Under the pieces are notes generated by a model. That model made no database searches and had not been told where the DNA came from. It saw only the letters and a program-made list of their open reading frames with translations. 64,000 nt of DNA, taken from NCBI GenBank assembly GCA_964487775.1, contig CAZASH010000002.1, positions 134,142 to 198,141 on the forward strand, given 5' to 3'. Source of the DNA: an uncultured Ruminococcus sp. GTDB taxonomy: Bacteria > Bacillota > Clostridia > Oscillospirales > CAG-382. How positions within the stretch are numbered: position 1 is the stretch's first letter; each line of letters starts with the position of its first letter. Shown one piece after another: positions 44,754 to 53,777 of the stretch. The translations under genes and the position numbers were made by a program.

Positions 44754-45944
44754 TTATCCTCTCAGCCAGTCTGCTATATCTATTATTCTGACGCCCTCGT
44801 ATTGATATTCTTCGTTTCTCGTCCTCGCTATGGTCATTTTGGGGTATGCATCCTTGATCTGCAGAAGCGGAGTGACTTCTCTTTGGAACGTGCCTGCCTC
44901 TGTGATGTTGTCAGAGACCTGAATATAAAGCTTTTCGTTGCGCTTTATCGCGACAAAGTCGATCTCTTTTTTGTAAAGCACGCCGACATAGATCTCATAG
45001 CCTCGTCTTTGCAGCTCGATGGCGACGATGTTTTCGAGCACTCTGCCGTGATCCAAGTTTTTTGTCCCGAGCTTGGCATATCGGAATGAGTGGTCGCTGA
45101 GATAGTATTTGTCGTTTGAGGTGAGATATTTTTTGCCGATGACGTCATAGCGCCTTATTTTGTAAAACGCAAAGGCGTTGCAGAGGTATTGAAGATAATT
45201 GCCTATGGTCTTGTGGTTGATGCTGTCGCCTGCAGAAGTGAGCGCCCCGGCGATGCTGCGCGTTGAAGTGAGATTGGCGACATTATCCATAAGATAGTCG
45301 ACGATCCTGTCCATCAAAATGGGGTTTCTGATCTTGTATTTCTGCCTGATGTCTCTGACGATGAGTGTGTCGAAAACATCGGCGATGTAGTCGTATTTTG
45401 ATTCTATGTCTTGATAAAGATATGAGCCTGCCATTCCGCCTTCTTTTAAATATCTGTCAAAGGCGGCGTATATGTCGGTGTATTCAAAATATTCGAGGTA
45501 TTCTTTGAACGAAAAGGGATAGACCTTTATCTCAAACGTTCTGCCTGTAAAAAGCGTGGCGAGATCGGAGCTCAAAAGAAATGCGTTTGAGCCTGTCAGA
45601 TATATATCATACTTTTCGAGCGCGTGCAGGTTGTTGACAGCTATTTCAAAGCCGCTGCACAATTGCACCTCATCTATCAAAACAAAGTTTGACTTTCCGG
45701 GCGCATAGGCACTCTCGATATGATCATTCAGCGCGTGATATTCTTTTAATGACTCGAATTTTGTCAGGTTAAAATTGACGTGAATTATGTTCGCATCGGG
45801 CACTGCCTGCGAAATATAGTCTCTGAATGCCTCGAGCAGCTTGGATTTTCCGCTGCGTCGCACACCTGTTATGACTTTGATATCCGGAGTGCCTATAACT
45901 TTTTTGAACTTGTCGAGATACATTTCGCGTTCTATCAGCTTCAT
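44754..45944 (-). CDS. AAA+ ATPase of the COG1373 type (AAA_14 + DUF4143-like)
   Basis: Start at MKLIERE (GAGGTG SD). Walker A GVRRSGKS and Walker B VLIDEVQ, with a C-terminal restriction-endonuclease-like tail (EIDFVA). Confidence 0.7.
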   Translation of the reverse strand: MKLIEREMYLDKFKKVIGTPDIKVITGVRRSGKSKLLEAFRDYISQAVPDANIIHVNFNLTKFESLKEYHALNDHIESAYAPGKSNFVLIDEVQLCSGFEIAVNNLHALEKYDIYLTGSNAFLLSSDLATLFTGRTFEIKVYPFSFKEYLEYFEYTDIYAAFDRYLKEGGMAGSYLYQDIESKYDYIADVFDTLIVRDIRQKYKIRNPILMDRIVDYLMDNVANLTSTRSIAGALTSAGDSINHKTIGNYLQYLCNAFAFYKIRRYDVIGKKYLTSNDKYYLSDHSFRYAKLGTKNLDHGRVLENIVAIELQRRGYEIYVGVLYKKEIDFVAIKRNEKLYIQVSDNITEAGTFQREVTPLLQIKDAYPKMTIARTRNEEYQYEGVRIIDIADWLRG

Positions 45945-46041
45945 TGTCATCACCTCATGATGTATTATACCACATCTATTTCCCAAAATCAAGCTTTTTT
46001 CGATTTTGGGAAATAGAATCGATAGCCGAGGCAGCAATGCT

Positions 46042-46215
46042 TTATACCGACAAGGTTTTTTCGAGCGTCTTGAATGCGTCCTTGGCTTTGTCGGCGAGGC
46101 TCTTTTTGCGCTTTTTGATTATGCATGCGGCTATGCACACCGCCGTTGCGCCTGTCAGCATTCCCAAAAGATGGCAGCCGACGAGTGACGCACAGCATAT
46201 TTTTTTGTCAGCCAT
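46042..46215 (-). CDS. Small single-TM Cys-rich protein (57 aa), hypothetical
   Basis: AAGGGAG SD 8 nt upstream. MADKKICCASLVGCHLLGMLTGATAVCIAACII followed by a basic amphipathic tail. Confidence 0.4.
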   Translation of the reverse strand: MADKKICCASLVGCHLLGMLTGATAVCIAACIIKKRKKSLADKAKDAFKTLEKTLSV

Positions 46216-46311
46216 GATATCAACTCCCTTCGGATATATTATCGAATATATTATTTGAAAGGTCAAAGCGGGATATACTGCCACATTTTGCAGGTATTTT
46301 CAAATATTTTC

Positions 46312-46340
46312 TTGCATTTTGGCTCGCATAGTGCTATTAT
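46312..46340 (+). promoter_or_regulatory. Promoter TTGCAT-17-(TG)C-TATTAT for the YitT-family gene
   Basis: Extended -10 and correct spacing. Confidence 0.45.
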
Positions 46341-46374
46341 GTCCTTGCTAACAACGAAAGGTCTGTTTTTTGAG

Positions 46375-47220
46375 ATGAAAAAATTCCTGCGCGATGGCGC
46401 GTTTATTATACTTGGCACTCTGCTGAATGCGATAGGCATATACTTTTTTAAGATGCCCAACCACTTTACGACAGGCGGAGTCAGTGGCGTTTCGATGCTT
46501 TTGAACGGCTTGTTCGGCGTTGATACGACGATCACAATGACTATCATCAATATCGCATTGCTTTTGATAGGCTTTGTCTTTTTGGGCAAGGGCTGCGGCG
46601 CAAAGATAGTCATCGGCACATTGCTTTATTCGGGCTTTACGCTGGTGTTCGAATTTATATACCCTGCCGCCAGCCTGCCGTTCACAGACAATGCACTGCT
46701 TGAATTGATGTTTGCGATCATGCTGCCTGCCATAGGCACGGCGATGCTTTTTAATGTTGATTCGTCCACGGGCGGCACTGATATTATCGCTATGATAATC
46801 AAGAAATATACGGGTGCTGATTCGGGCACGGCGCTTTTGTTTGCCGATGCCGTCATCGCCGTGATGGGCTTTTTTGTGTTCGATATCGAAGCAGGTCTGC
46901 TTTCTGTGCTGGGACTCGGCCTGCGCTCGGTCGTTGTCGACTCTGTCATCGAGAGCATCAACCTCTGCAAATATTTCACGATAGTTACCACCAAGCCCGA
47001 CGAGATCAGCGAAAGACTGTTTGCGACGATGGACCACAGCGTAACTGTGCTTGATGCGCGCGGTGCATACAGCGGTGCCGAAAAGACTGTTTTGCTCATC
47101 GTCTGCCGCCGAAGCGAGGCTATGCAACTGAAAAAGCTGGTCAAGGACGTCGACAAGGGCGCATTTATGATGATAACCAATTCTTCTGAGATAATCGGCA
47201 AGGGTTTTAGAGGCGCGTGA
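46375..47220 (+). CDS. YitT family membrane protein (DUF2179 C-terminal domain)
   Basis: Start at MKKFLRDG. Motifs FTTGGVSGVS and STGGTDI, plus a C-terminal DUF2179-like fold. Confidence 0.85.
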   Translation: MKKFLRDGAFIILGTLLNAIGIYFFKMPNHFTTGGVSGVSMLLNGLFGVDTTITMTIINIALLLIGFVFLGKGCGAKIVIGTLLYSGFTLVFEFIYPAASLPFTDNALLELMFAIMLPAIGTAMLFNVDSSTGGTDIIAMIIKKYTGADSGTALLFADAVIAVMGFFVFDIEAGLLSVLGLGLRSVVVDSVIESINLCKYFTIVTTKPDEISERLFATMDHSVTVLDARGAYSGAEKTVLLIVCRRSEAMQLKKLVKDVDKGAFMMITNSSEIIGKGFRGA

Positions 47221-47240
47221 GAAACAAATGTAAAAAGTGC

Positions 47241-47269
47241 TTGACAAAATCGATTTTTGCAAGTATAAT
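47241..47269 (+). promoter_or_regulatory. Consensus promoter TTGACA-17-TATAAT for yceD-rpmF
   Basis: Both hexamers are perfect, 27 nt before the ATG at 47296. Confidence 0.65.
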
Positions 47270-47295
47270 ATACAGGATTTATTAAAGGTGAAATA

Positions 47296-47784
47296 ATGAC
47301 TGTTGATCTGCATCCCCTTATCAAGGGTGAACAAAAAGAGCTAAAATTCAATTTCGCATACGATGTGACCGAGCTTTCGCCTGACCTGCAGAGCGGCAAT
47401 GCCGTCGTGAACGGCAAGGTGGTCAACCACTCGGGTTATATGCAGCTTGATGCCCATATAGCCGTGACCGCAAGCGCTTTGTGTGGCAGATGCGACGACT
47501 ATTTTGATTGCAAGCTTGACTTTGACATGCAGTGTCCTGTTGCGACCGAGCTTGCCAACGCCGACGAGCATGACGAATATCTCATTGCTCCCGACGGCGT
47601 ACTCGATCTTGACGAGGCAGTCAGATGCTTTATTTCGCTTTCGCTGCCCACCCGCTTTTTGTGCAGTGAGGACTGCAAGGGCCTGTGCCATAAATGCGGC
47701 AAGAACCTCAACGAGGGCGACTGCGGCTGCGACACCAAGGAGACCGACCCCAGATGGGCGGCACTCAAAAATTATTTTGATTAA
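47296..47784 (+). CDS. YceD/DUF177 family protein
   Basis: C-terminal CSEDCKGLCHKCGKNLNEGDCGC. Located upstream of rpmF. Confidence 0.85.
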   Translation: MTVDLHPLIKGEQKELKFNFAYDVTELSPDLQSGNAVVNGKVVNHSGYMQLDAHIAVTASALCGRCDDYFDCKLDFDMQCPVATELANADEHDEYLIAPDGVLDLDEAVRCFISLSLPTRFLCSEDCKGLCHKCGKNLNEGDCGCDTKETDPRWAALKNYFD

Positions 47785-47821
47785 AAAATAAAAATATAAC
47801 CACCACAAGGAGGGTATCATC

Positions 47822-48013
47822 ATGGCTGTTCCTAAGAGAAAAGTCTCTAAAGCAAGACGCGACAAGAGAAGATCCAATGTCTGGAAGCTCGAGCTCCCCG
47901 GCATGACCAAATGCGCAAACTGCGGTGAGTACATCCTTTCTCATAGAGTTTGCACCAAGTGCGGCTTTTATGGCAAAAAGGCAGTTCTTACTATAAAAGA
48001 GAAAGAAGACTGA
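47822..48013 (+). CDS. rpmF: 50S ribosomal protein L32
   Basis: [17 protein letters not shown], with a CxxC..CxxC zinc ribbon. Confidence 0.95.
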   Translation: MAVPKRKVSKARRDKRRSNVWKLELPGMTKCANCGEYILSHRVCTKCGFYGKKAVLTIKEKED

Positions 48014-48043
48014 CAAGGCGCGCCGTTAAGGCGCCACTCAAAA

Positions 48044-48077
48044 GGCGGGTCGCGTTCATAGCGACGCGCTTTTTTTG
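48044..48077 (+). terminator. Terminator after rpmF
   Basis: Stem gcgggtcgc/gcgacgcgc + T7. Confidence 0.7.
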
Positions 48078-48112
48078 AATTATTCGCATTTTAAAAAAAG
48101 GGGGGGATAGGT

Positions 48113-49405
48113 ATGGTCACTGTCAGCGGTGTCAGACACGGCTCGCCTGCGCATAAGGCAGGCATAAGGGCGGGCGATATACTGCTTGCCATTTCGGGCA
48201 ACGAGATCAACGATGCGCTCGACTATTATTTTTATGCCGCGGATGACGATATAACGGTTGAGCTTTTGCGTGGCGACACGCATATCCAAAAGCGCATTCT
48301 CGGCGGCGGCGACCTCGGCATGGAGTTTGAGACGTTCTTGATGGACAAAAAGCGCTCGTGCCGCAATAACTGCATATTCTGCTTTATTGATCAGAACCCC
48401 GAAGGAATGCGTGAAACCATATATTTTAAGGACGATGACGAGCGTCTGTCGTTCCTTCAGGGCAGCTATGTCACTCTGACCAACCTGAAGCAAAAGGACA
48501 TCGACCGCATAATCAAGATGCGCATATCGCCCATCAACATTTCGGTACACACGATGGACAAGGAGCTCAGGGTCAAGATGCTGCGCAACAGATTTGCAGG
48601 CGAGGTATTGTCTTATATCGACGATATAGACAAAGCAGGGCTCGACATCAACGCCCAGATAGTTTTGTGCAAGGGCGTCAACGATGGCAAAGCGCTCGAA
48701 TATACGCTCACAGAGCTTTTAAAGCGTGAGCATGTAGTTTCGATAGCAGTCGTTCCCTGCGGACTTACCAAGCACAGAGAGGGGCTTTATAAGCTCGATG
48801 CCTTCGACAAGGCTGACTGCGGCGAGGTGATCGATATTGTCGAGAGGTTCGCCAATGAATGCTTTAAAACGAGGGGCGAGCATATATGCTATTGCTCTGA
48901 CGAGTTTTATCTCACGGCGTGCCGTGAAATGCCGTGCGACGATTATTATGACGGCTATCCCCAGCTCGACAACGGCGTAGGCTCGTTGCGCAACCACAAA
49001 GAGGAATTTTTATATGCGCTTGCAAATACCGACGAATGCGTGTATAATCGAAGTATAGTGATAATAACAGGCATGGCGGCGTACAGCCATATATGCGAGC
49101 TCGTCGATGCCGCAAAGGAAAAGTTCAATAAGCTCGACGTCAGGACTGTTGCAATACGCAATGATTTTTACGGCGAGAGCGTCACTGTCAGCGGACTTGT
49201 TACGGGCGGTGATATAATCAATCAGGTCGCAGGAACAAGGGCCGATGTGTTTTTGATACCTCGCAATATGCTGCGTGCAGACGGCGATCTGTTTTTGGAC
49301 GGAGTTTCGCTCGACACGCTTGTTTCAAAATTGGGTGCTCCCGTTATGACCGTCGAGTCGGGCGGCGAGGACCTGTGCAGAATGATAACGGAGGATTATT
49401 ATTGA
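48113..49405 (+). CDS. DUF512 protein (PDZ + radical-SAM-like Fe-S domain)
   Basis: N-terminal PDZ (SPAHKAGIRAGDILLAISG) and a CRNNCIFCF cluster. Located upstream of der, as in other Clostridia. Confidence 0.8.
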   Translation: MVTVSGVRHGSPAHKAGIRAGDILLAISGNEINDALDYYFYAADDDITVELLRGDTHIQKRILGGGDLGMEFETFLMDKKRSCRNNCIFCFIDQNPEGMRETIYFKDDDERLSFLQGSYVTLTNLKQKDIDRIIKMRISPINISVHTMDKELRVKMLRNRFAGEVLSYIDDIDKAGLDINAQIVLCKGVNDGKALEYTLTELLKREHVVSIAVVPCGLTKHREGLYKLDAFDKADCGEVIDIVERFANECFKTRGEHICYCSDEFYLTACREMPCDDYYDGYPQLDNGVGSLRNHKEEFLYALANTDECVYNRSIVIITGMAAYSHICELVDAAKEKFNKLDVRTVAIRNDFYGESVTVSGLVTGGDIINQVAGTRADVFLIPRNMLRADGDLFLDGVSLDTLVSKLGAPVMTVESGGEDLCRMITEDYY

Positions 49406-49406
49406 T

Positions 49407-50738
49407 ATGCCAAAGAGAACAGTTGCCATCGTCGGCAGACCCAACGTTGGCAAAAGCACTTTTTTTAACAAAATAGCAGGCCTGAGGCTGTCAATAGTCG
49501 ATGATACGCCCGGCGTCACCAGAGACAGGATCTGCTATGACGTCGATTGGAATGGCAAGACCTTTCAGCTCGTCGACACGGGCGGCATTGAGCCGATAAC
49601 CGACAACGAGCTGCTGGTCAGAATGCGTGACCAGGCGCAGACCGCCATAGATCACGCCGACGTGATAATCATGATCTGCGAGGTCGGCACAGGCGTTACA
49701 GCCGCCGATGCGGATATTGCTGCGATGCTCAAGAGGTCGCACAAGCCGATAATCCTTGCAGTCAACAAGATAGACAAGGCAGGCGAGCCGCCTGCGGAGT
49801 TTTATGAATTCTATTCGCTTGGCTTCGACAGCGATCCCATACCGCTTTCGTCTTTGCACGGCACCGGAACAGGCGACATACTCGACAGAGTGTGTGAGCT
49901 TTTGCCCGACGACACGACAGGCGCAGAGAGCGAGGGCGCTATCAGAGTTGCCGTAATAGGCAAGCCGAATGCAGGCAAGAGCTCTATAGTCAACCGCATA
50001 GCAGGCGAAGAAAGATGCATAGTTTCGAATATCCCCGGCACGACACGTGATGCGGTGGATACTTATATCGAAAACAGCTATGGCAGATATACATTTATAG
50101 ATACGGCAGGCATAAGGCGCAATTCACGCATTGACGACAAGCTCGAGCGCTTCAGCGTTCTGCGCGCCAATCTTGCGGTCGAGCGCGCCGACGTTTGCCT
50201 CATCATGATCGATGCCGCAGAGGGCGTTACCGCACAGGATGAGCGCATAGCAGGCCTTGCGCACAACGCGGGCAAGGCGAGCATAATCGTTTGCAACAAG
50301 TGGGATACGATAGACAAGGATAACAAGACCACCAACGAATATGTCAACAAGATACGCACTGCGCTTGCTTATATGCCGTATGCACCGATAGCGTTTGTTT
50401 CGGCAAAGACAGGTCAAAGGGTAGATAAGCTTTATGAGATGATCAACACGGTGCACGCCAACTCCTCACGCCGTGTCACAACAGGTCTGCTCAACGACCT
50501 TTTGTCAGATCTCACCTCTCGTGTACAGCCGCCCACAGACAAGGGCAAGAGGCTCAAGATATATTATATGACTCAGACAGGCACAAATCCGCCGACGTTT
50601 GTTGTGTTCTGCAACAGCAAAGAGCTGTTTCATTTCTCATACCAGAGATATATCGAAAACAGCCTGAGAAAGGCGTTTGACTTTGACGGCACGCCCATCA
50701 GGCTGATAATCAAGCAAAGAGGAGAGGAACAGGAATGA
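49407..50738 (+). CDS. der: Ribosome biogenesis GTPase Der (EngA)
   Basis: Two G domains (GRPNVGKST, GKPNAGKSS) + a KH-like C-terminus. Confidence 0.95.
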   Translation: MPKRTVAIVGRPNVGKSTFFNKIAGLRLSIVDDTPGVTRDRICYDVDWNGKTFQLVDTGGIEPITDNELLVRMRDQAQTAIDHADVIIMICEVGTGVTAADADIAAMLKRSHKPIILAVNKIDKAGEPPAEFYEFYSLGFDSDPIPLSSLHGTGTGDILDRVCELLPDDTTGAESEGAIRVAVIGKPNAGKSSIVNRIAGEERCIVSNIPGTTRDAVDTYIENSYGRYTFIDTAGIRRNSRIDDKLERFSVLRANLAVERADVCLIMIDAAEGVTAQDERIAGLAHNAGKASIIVCNKWDTIDKDNKTTNEYVNKIRTALAYMPYAPIAFVSAKTGQRVDKLYEMINTVHANSSRRVTTGLLNDLLSDLTSRVQPPTDKGKRLKIYYMTQTGTNPPTFVVFCNSKELFHFSYQRYIENSLRKAFDFDGTPIRLIIKQRGEEQE

Positions 50739-51547
50739 TCGGCTTTTTCAGAGTTCTCGGCATGGCGACCAATATATGCGCTGTAAATTCCCCTGTGCTT
50801 TTTGGGGTGTATATTTTGCTGCTGATCATTGCAGCCTATCTGCTCGGCAGCGTCAACAGCGCCATAATCGTTTCAAAATACCGCTATAACGACGATATAC
50901 GTAAATACGGCAGCGGCAACGCAGGACTTACCAATATGAACAGGGTATACGGCGGCAGCGCTGCGGCACTCACGTTTTTTGGTGACGTGCTCAAGCAGGT
51001 GATAGCCGTGTTTCTCGGAGTGCTTATGTTCGACCAGATAGGCGCGTATATCGCAGGACTGTTTTGTATGCTCGGCCATATCGCACCTGTGTTTTATAAG
51101 TTCAGGGGCGGCAAGGGCGTGCTGACGGCAGCCACGATGGTGCTGCTCATCGACTGGCAGGTGTTTTTGGTACTGCTTGTGATATGGGTGCTGGTGCTTT
51201 TGCTGTCGAGATATGTTTCGCTCGCCTCGATAATGGCGGCATTTGCGTACCCTGCGGTCGTTTATTATGCTATGATCACAGGCATTGGCAGGCCCGAGCC
51301 GTTCTCGATGATCTGCGCAATGTTTGTCGGCTGCGTGATAATATTCATGCACAGAGAGAATATCAAAAGGCTGTTCAATAATCAGGAGAATAAATTTTCG
51401 TTCAAGCGTTCGCCGAGCCTGCAGGAGATGCTCGACAAAGAGGATCCCGAAAACGACAAGGCAAAATACGCCGCCGAGCTCCGCCGTGCACAGGAGGAGG
51501 CAGAGCACAAAAAGGCCAAGGGCAACAGCAAAAAGAAAAAGAGATAG
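50735..51547 (+). CDS. plsY: Glycerol-3-phosphate acyltransferase PlsY with a ~65-aa charged C-terminal extension
   Basis: GSGNAG.TN, FKGGKGV motifs. ATGA overlap with der. The tail is ..DKEDPENDKAKYAAELRRAQEEAEHKKAKGNSKKKKR. Confidence 0.9.
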   Translation: MIGFFRVLGMATNICAVNSPVLFGVYILLLIIAAYLLGSVNSAIIVSKYRYNDDIRKYGSGNAGLTNMNRVYGGSAAALTFFGDVLKQVIAVFLGVLMFDQIGAYIAGLFCMLGHIAPVFYKFRGGKGVLTAATMVLLIDWQVFLVLLVIWVLVLLLSRYVSLASIMAAFAYPAVVYYAMITGIGRPEPFSMICAMFVGCVIIFMHRENIKRLFNNQENKFSFKRSPSLQEMLDKEDPENDKAKYAAELRRAQEEAEHKKAKGNSKKKKR

Positions 51548-51574
51548 TTTTAGTTTAAGACAAAAGGAGCAATT

Positions 51575-52807
51575 ATGCCGCTTGCAGATCGCGCCAGACC
51601 GCATACATTTGATGAAATGGCAGGGCAAAAGCACCTGCTCGCAAAAAATGCGCCGTTCAGACGCATCATAGAGAGCGGACATCTGCCGTCACTGGTTTTT
51701 TACGGACCTCCCGGCACAGGCAAAACGACTGCCGCCGATATAGTCGCAGCTGTCTGCGGCAAGCAGTTCCACAAGATAAATGCGACGGTCGCATCTATAT
51801 CAGAGGTCAAAGAGATATTGACATCGTCATATTCGCTGCTTTCGACAGACGGCATATTGCTGTATATCGACGAGATACAATACTTCAACAAAAAACAGCA
51901 GCAGTCGCTGCTTGAATACGTCGAGGACGGCAGAGTTACATTGATATGCTCTACCACCGAGAACCCTTATTTTGCATTGTACGGCGCGTTGCTTTCACGT
52001 TCAACCGTGTTTGAGTTTAAGCCGATATCGCCCGAGGAGCTTATTCCCACGCTCAGGCGCGCACTCGACATACTTAATTCGGATAACGGCACCTCAAAGA
52101 CCTGCTCTGACAAGACCTTGCGTGATATAGCCTCCTGCTGTGGCGGTGATGCACGCAAGGCGATAGGCGGGCTCGAAAATATTTTTTACGCTTCGGGCGA
52201 TGAGCTTTTGCCCGAGCTTGCGACAGAGCTTGTTTCGAGGTCGGGTATGAGGCTCGACAGAGACGGCGACGAGCATTATGACCTTTTGTCGGCGTTTCAA
52301 AAGTCGATCCGCGGCTCAGATCAGGACGCGGCGATATTTTATCTCGCAAGATTGCTCGAGGGCGGTGACCTCTTGTCGCCGTGTCGCAGACTGCTCGTGA
52401 TAGCGTCGGAGGATATAGGACTTGCTTATCCGAATGCGGCGGCGATAGTCAAATCGTGCGTCGATTCGGCATTGCAGCTCGGATTGCCCGAGGCTTCGCT
52501 TCCGCTCTCCGAGGCGGTCATTTTCCTCGCCACCGCACCAAAATCGAATTCTGCATATATGGCGTATGCCGCCGCCTGCGAAGCGATAGCGGCAGGCAAG
52601 GGCATGAGAGTGCCCGAGCATCTCAGAGATACCCACAGACCGGGCGCAGAGGGCGGCTATGTCTATCCTCATCAGTTCCCGAACCATTATGTCGAGCAGC
52701 AGTATCTGCCCGACGACCTCGTCGGCACGGTGTTTTACGAATACGGCAAAAACAAGACCGAGCAGGCAGCCGCCGAATATGCCATGAGGGTCAAAAAGAA
52801 GCCTTGA
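51575..52807 (+). CDS. rarA: Replication-associated recombination protein A (AAA+)
   Basis: LADRARPHTFDEMAGQKHL, Walker A GPPGTGKTT, Walker B IDEIQ, and C-terminal MgsA helical domains. Confidence 0.9.
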   Translation: MPLADRARPHTFDEMAGQKHLLAKNAPFRRIIESGHLPSLVFYGPPGTGKTTAADIVAAVCGKQFHKINATVASISEVKEILTSSYSLLSTDGILLYIDEIQYFNKKQQQSLLEYVEDGRVTLICSTTENPYFALYGALLSRSTVFEFKPISPEELIPTLRRALDILNSDNGTSKTCSDKTLRDIASCCGGDARKAIGGLENIFYASGDELLPELATELVSRSGMRLDRDGDEHYDLLSAFQKSIRGSDQDAAIFYLARLLEGGDLLSPCRRLLVIASEDIGLAYPNAAAIVKSCVDSALQLGLPEASLPLSEAVIFLATAPKSNSAYMAYAAACEAIAAGKGMRVPEHLRDTHRPGAEGGYVYPHQFPNHYVEQQYLPDDLVGTVFYEYGKNKTEQAAAEYAMRVKKKP

Positions 52808-52830
52808 CAGGCAAAAAAGGATAATATCTT

Positions 52831-53697
52831 ATGACAAAAAAGCTTTTAATACTCTGTATGTCCGCACTGATGGTGCTTTCGCTTGCTTCGTGCAGCACAG
52901 GCGACAGCAACGTCGACGTTGCAAAGCTCACGTCCGACTGCATCGAGCTTGTCGGAATAACCGATTGGCAGACTGCCGCAGCGGCTTATATCATGAATAA
53001 AGACTTTTCAGAGCTTTTGATCAAAAAGCCCGAGAGCGACGGCACGGTGCACGATATGGCAGAAAGCGTGCTGTTTGATGCTTTGGTCTCAAACCAGCCG
53101 TCAAGCGCCGAGATCGCAAGAATAAAGCAGTATATCGAAGAAAAGCCCGCAGAGCTTTCGACAGTCGAGATGGCACTTTGCGCATATGCGCTCAATGCTT
53201 CGGGCACCGAATATGATCATAAAAATGCTGCAAAGGAGCTCGAGTCGAGACAAAAGACAGACGGCGGCTTTGCAAGAGCGGATGATTATGCCGCATCAGA
53301 GCCGACTCCGTCGGCATATGCTATCGACCTCGTCAAATTCTGGCGTGATGCCGTGAGCGACAAATGCTTTGACGGCGCATTGGTCTATTTTTATAACACC
53401 ATGACAGACCAGAATGTCTGGAAGGACGAGAGCGGCGACCCCTCATGCTCTGTTTCGTCTGTTGTGCTTTGCGGATTTATACACGCAGGCATAAGATATG
53501 ACGGCGACGATTCGCGTGCTATCGCAAAATCGATCAGAGTGCTTTATTCTATCAACGACACAAAGGGCAATATCATAGGCTTCAAGCAATACACAAAGTC
53601 AGACACGATGTCGCAGGAAGCGTGCGGCGATGCATTGCTTGCGCTCGCATCCTCGCAGGTCGGCGACCTGTGGTCTGTTATCGAAGCGAGAAAATAA
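52831..53697 (+). CDS. Lipoprotein, possibly with an alpha/alpha-toroid (prenyltransferase/squalene-oxidase-like) repeat
   Basis: Lipobox LSLASC and one clear Q..DGGF-type motif (RQKTDGGFAR). Otherwise unassigned. Confidence 0.45.
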   Translation: MTKKLLILCMSALMVLSLASCSTGDSNVDVAKLTSDCIELVGITDWQTAAAAYIMNKDFSELLIKKPESDGTVHDMAESVLFDALVSNQPSSAEIARIKQYIEEKPAELSTVEMALCAYALNASGTEYDHKNAAKELESRQKTDGGFARADDYAASEPTPSAYAIDLVKFWRDAVSDKCFDGALVYFYNTMTDQNVWKDESGDPSCSVSSVVLCGFIHAGIRYDGDDSRAIAKSIRVLYSINDTKGNIIGFKQYTKSDTMSQEACGDALLALASSQVGDLWSVIEARK

Positions 53698-53703
53698 CAT
53701 AGC

Positions 53704-53751
53704 AAAAAAGCAAGAATATAAGGTTCGAGCCTTATATTCTTGCTTCTTTTT
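53704..53751. terminator. Bidirectional terminator between convergent genes
   Basis: Perfect 14-bp stem gcaagaatataagg/ccttatattcttgc, flanked by A6 and T-rich runs. Confidence 0.75.
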
Positions 53752-53777
53752 ATATGCCCGCAGGGCAATGCTTGGCT

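Noticed and set aside
48093-48106. A7G7 homopolymer pair forming the SD region of the DUF512 gene; possible slip-strand expression switch
   Set aside because: It is intergenic, so no frame information is available. A G-rich SD 6 nt from the ATG is adequate as it stands. It cannot be evaluated without population data.
53721-53731. ggttcgagcc, reminiscent of a tRNA T-arm (GGTTCGAATCC)
   Set aside because: It is the loop region of a perfect 14-bp bidirectional terminator hairpin. No acceptor, D or anticodon arms can be drawn.
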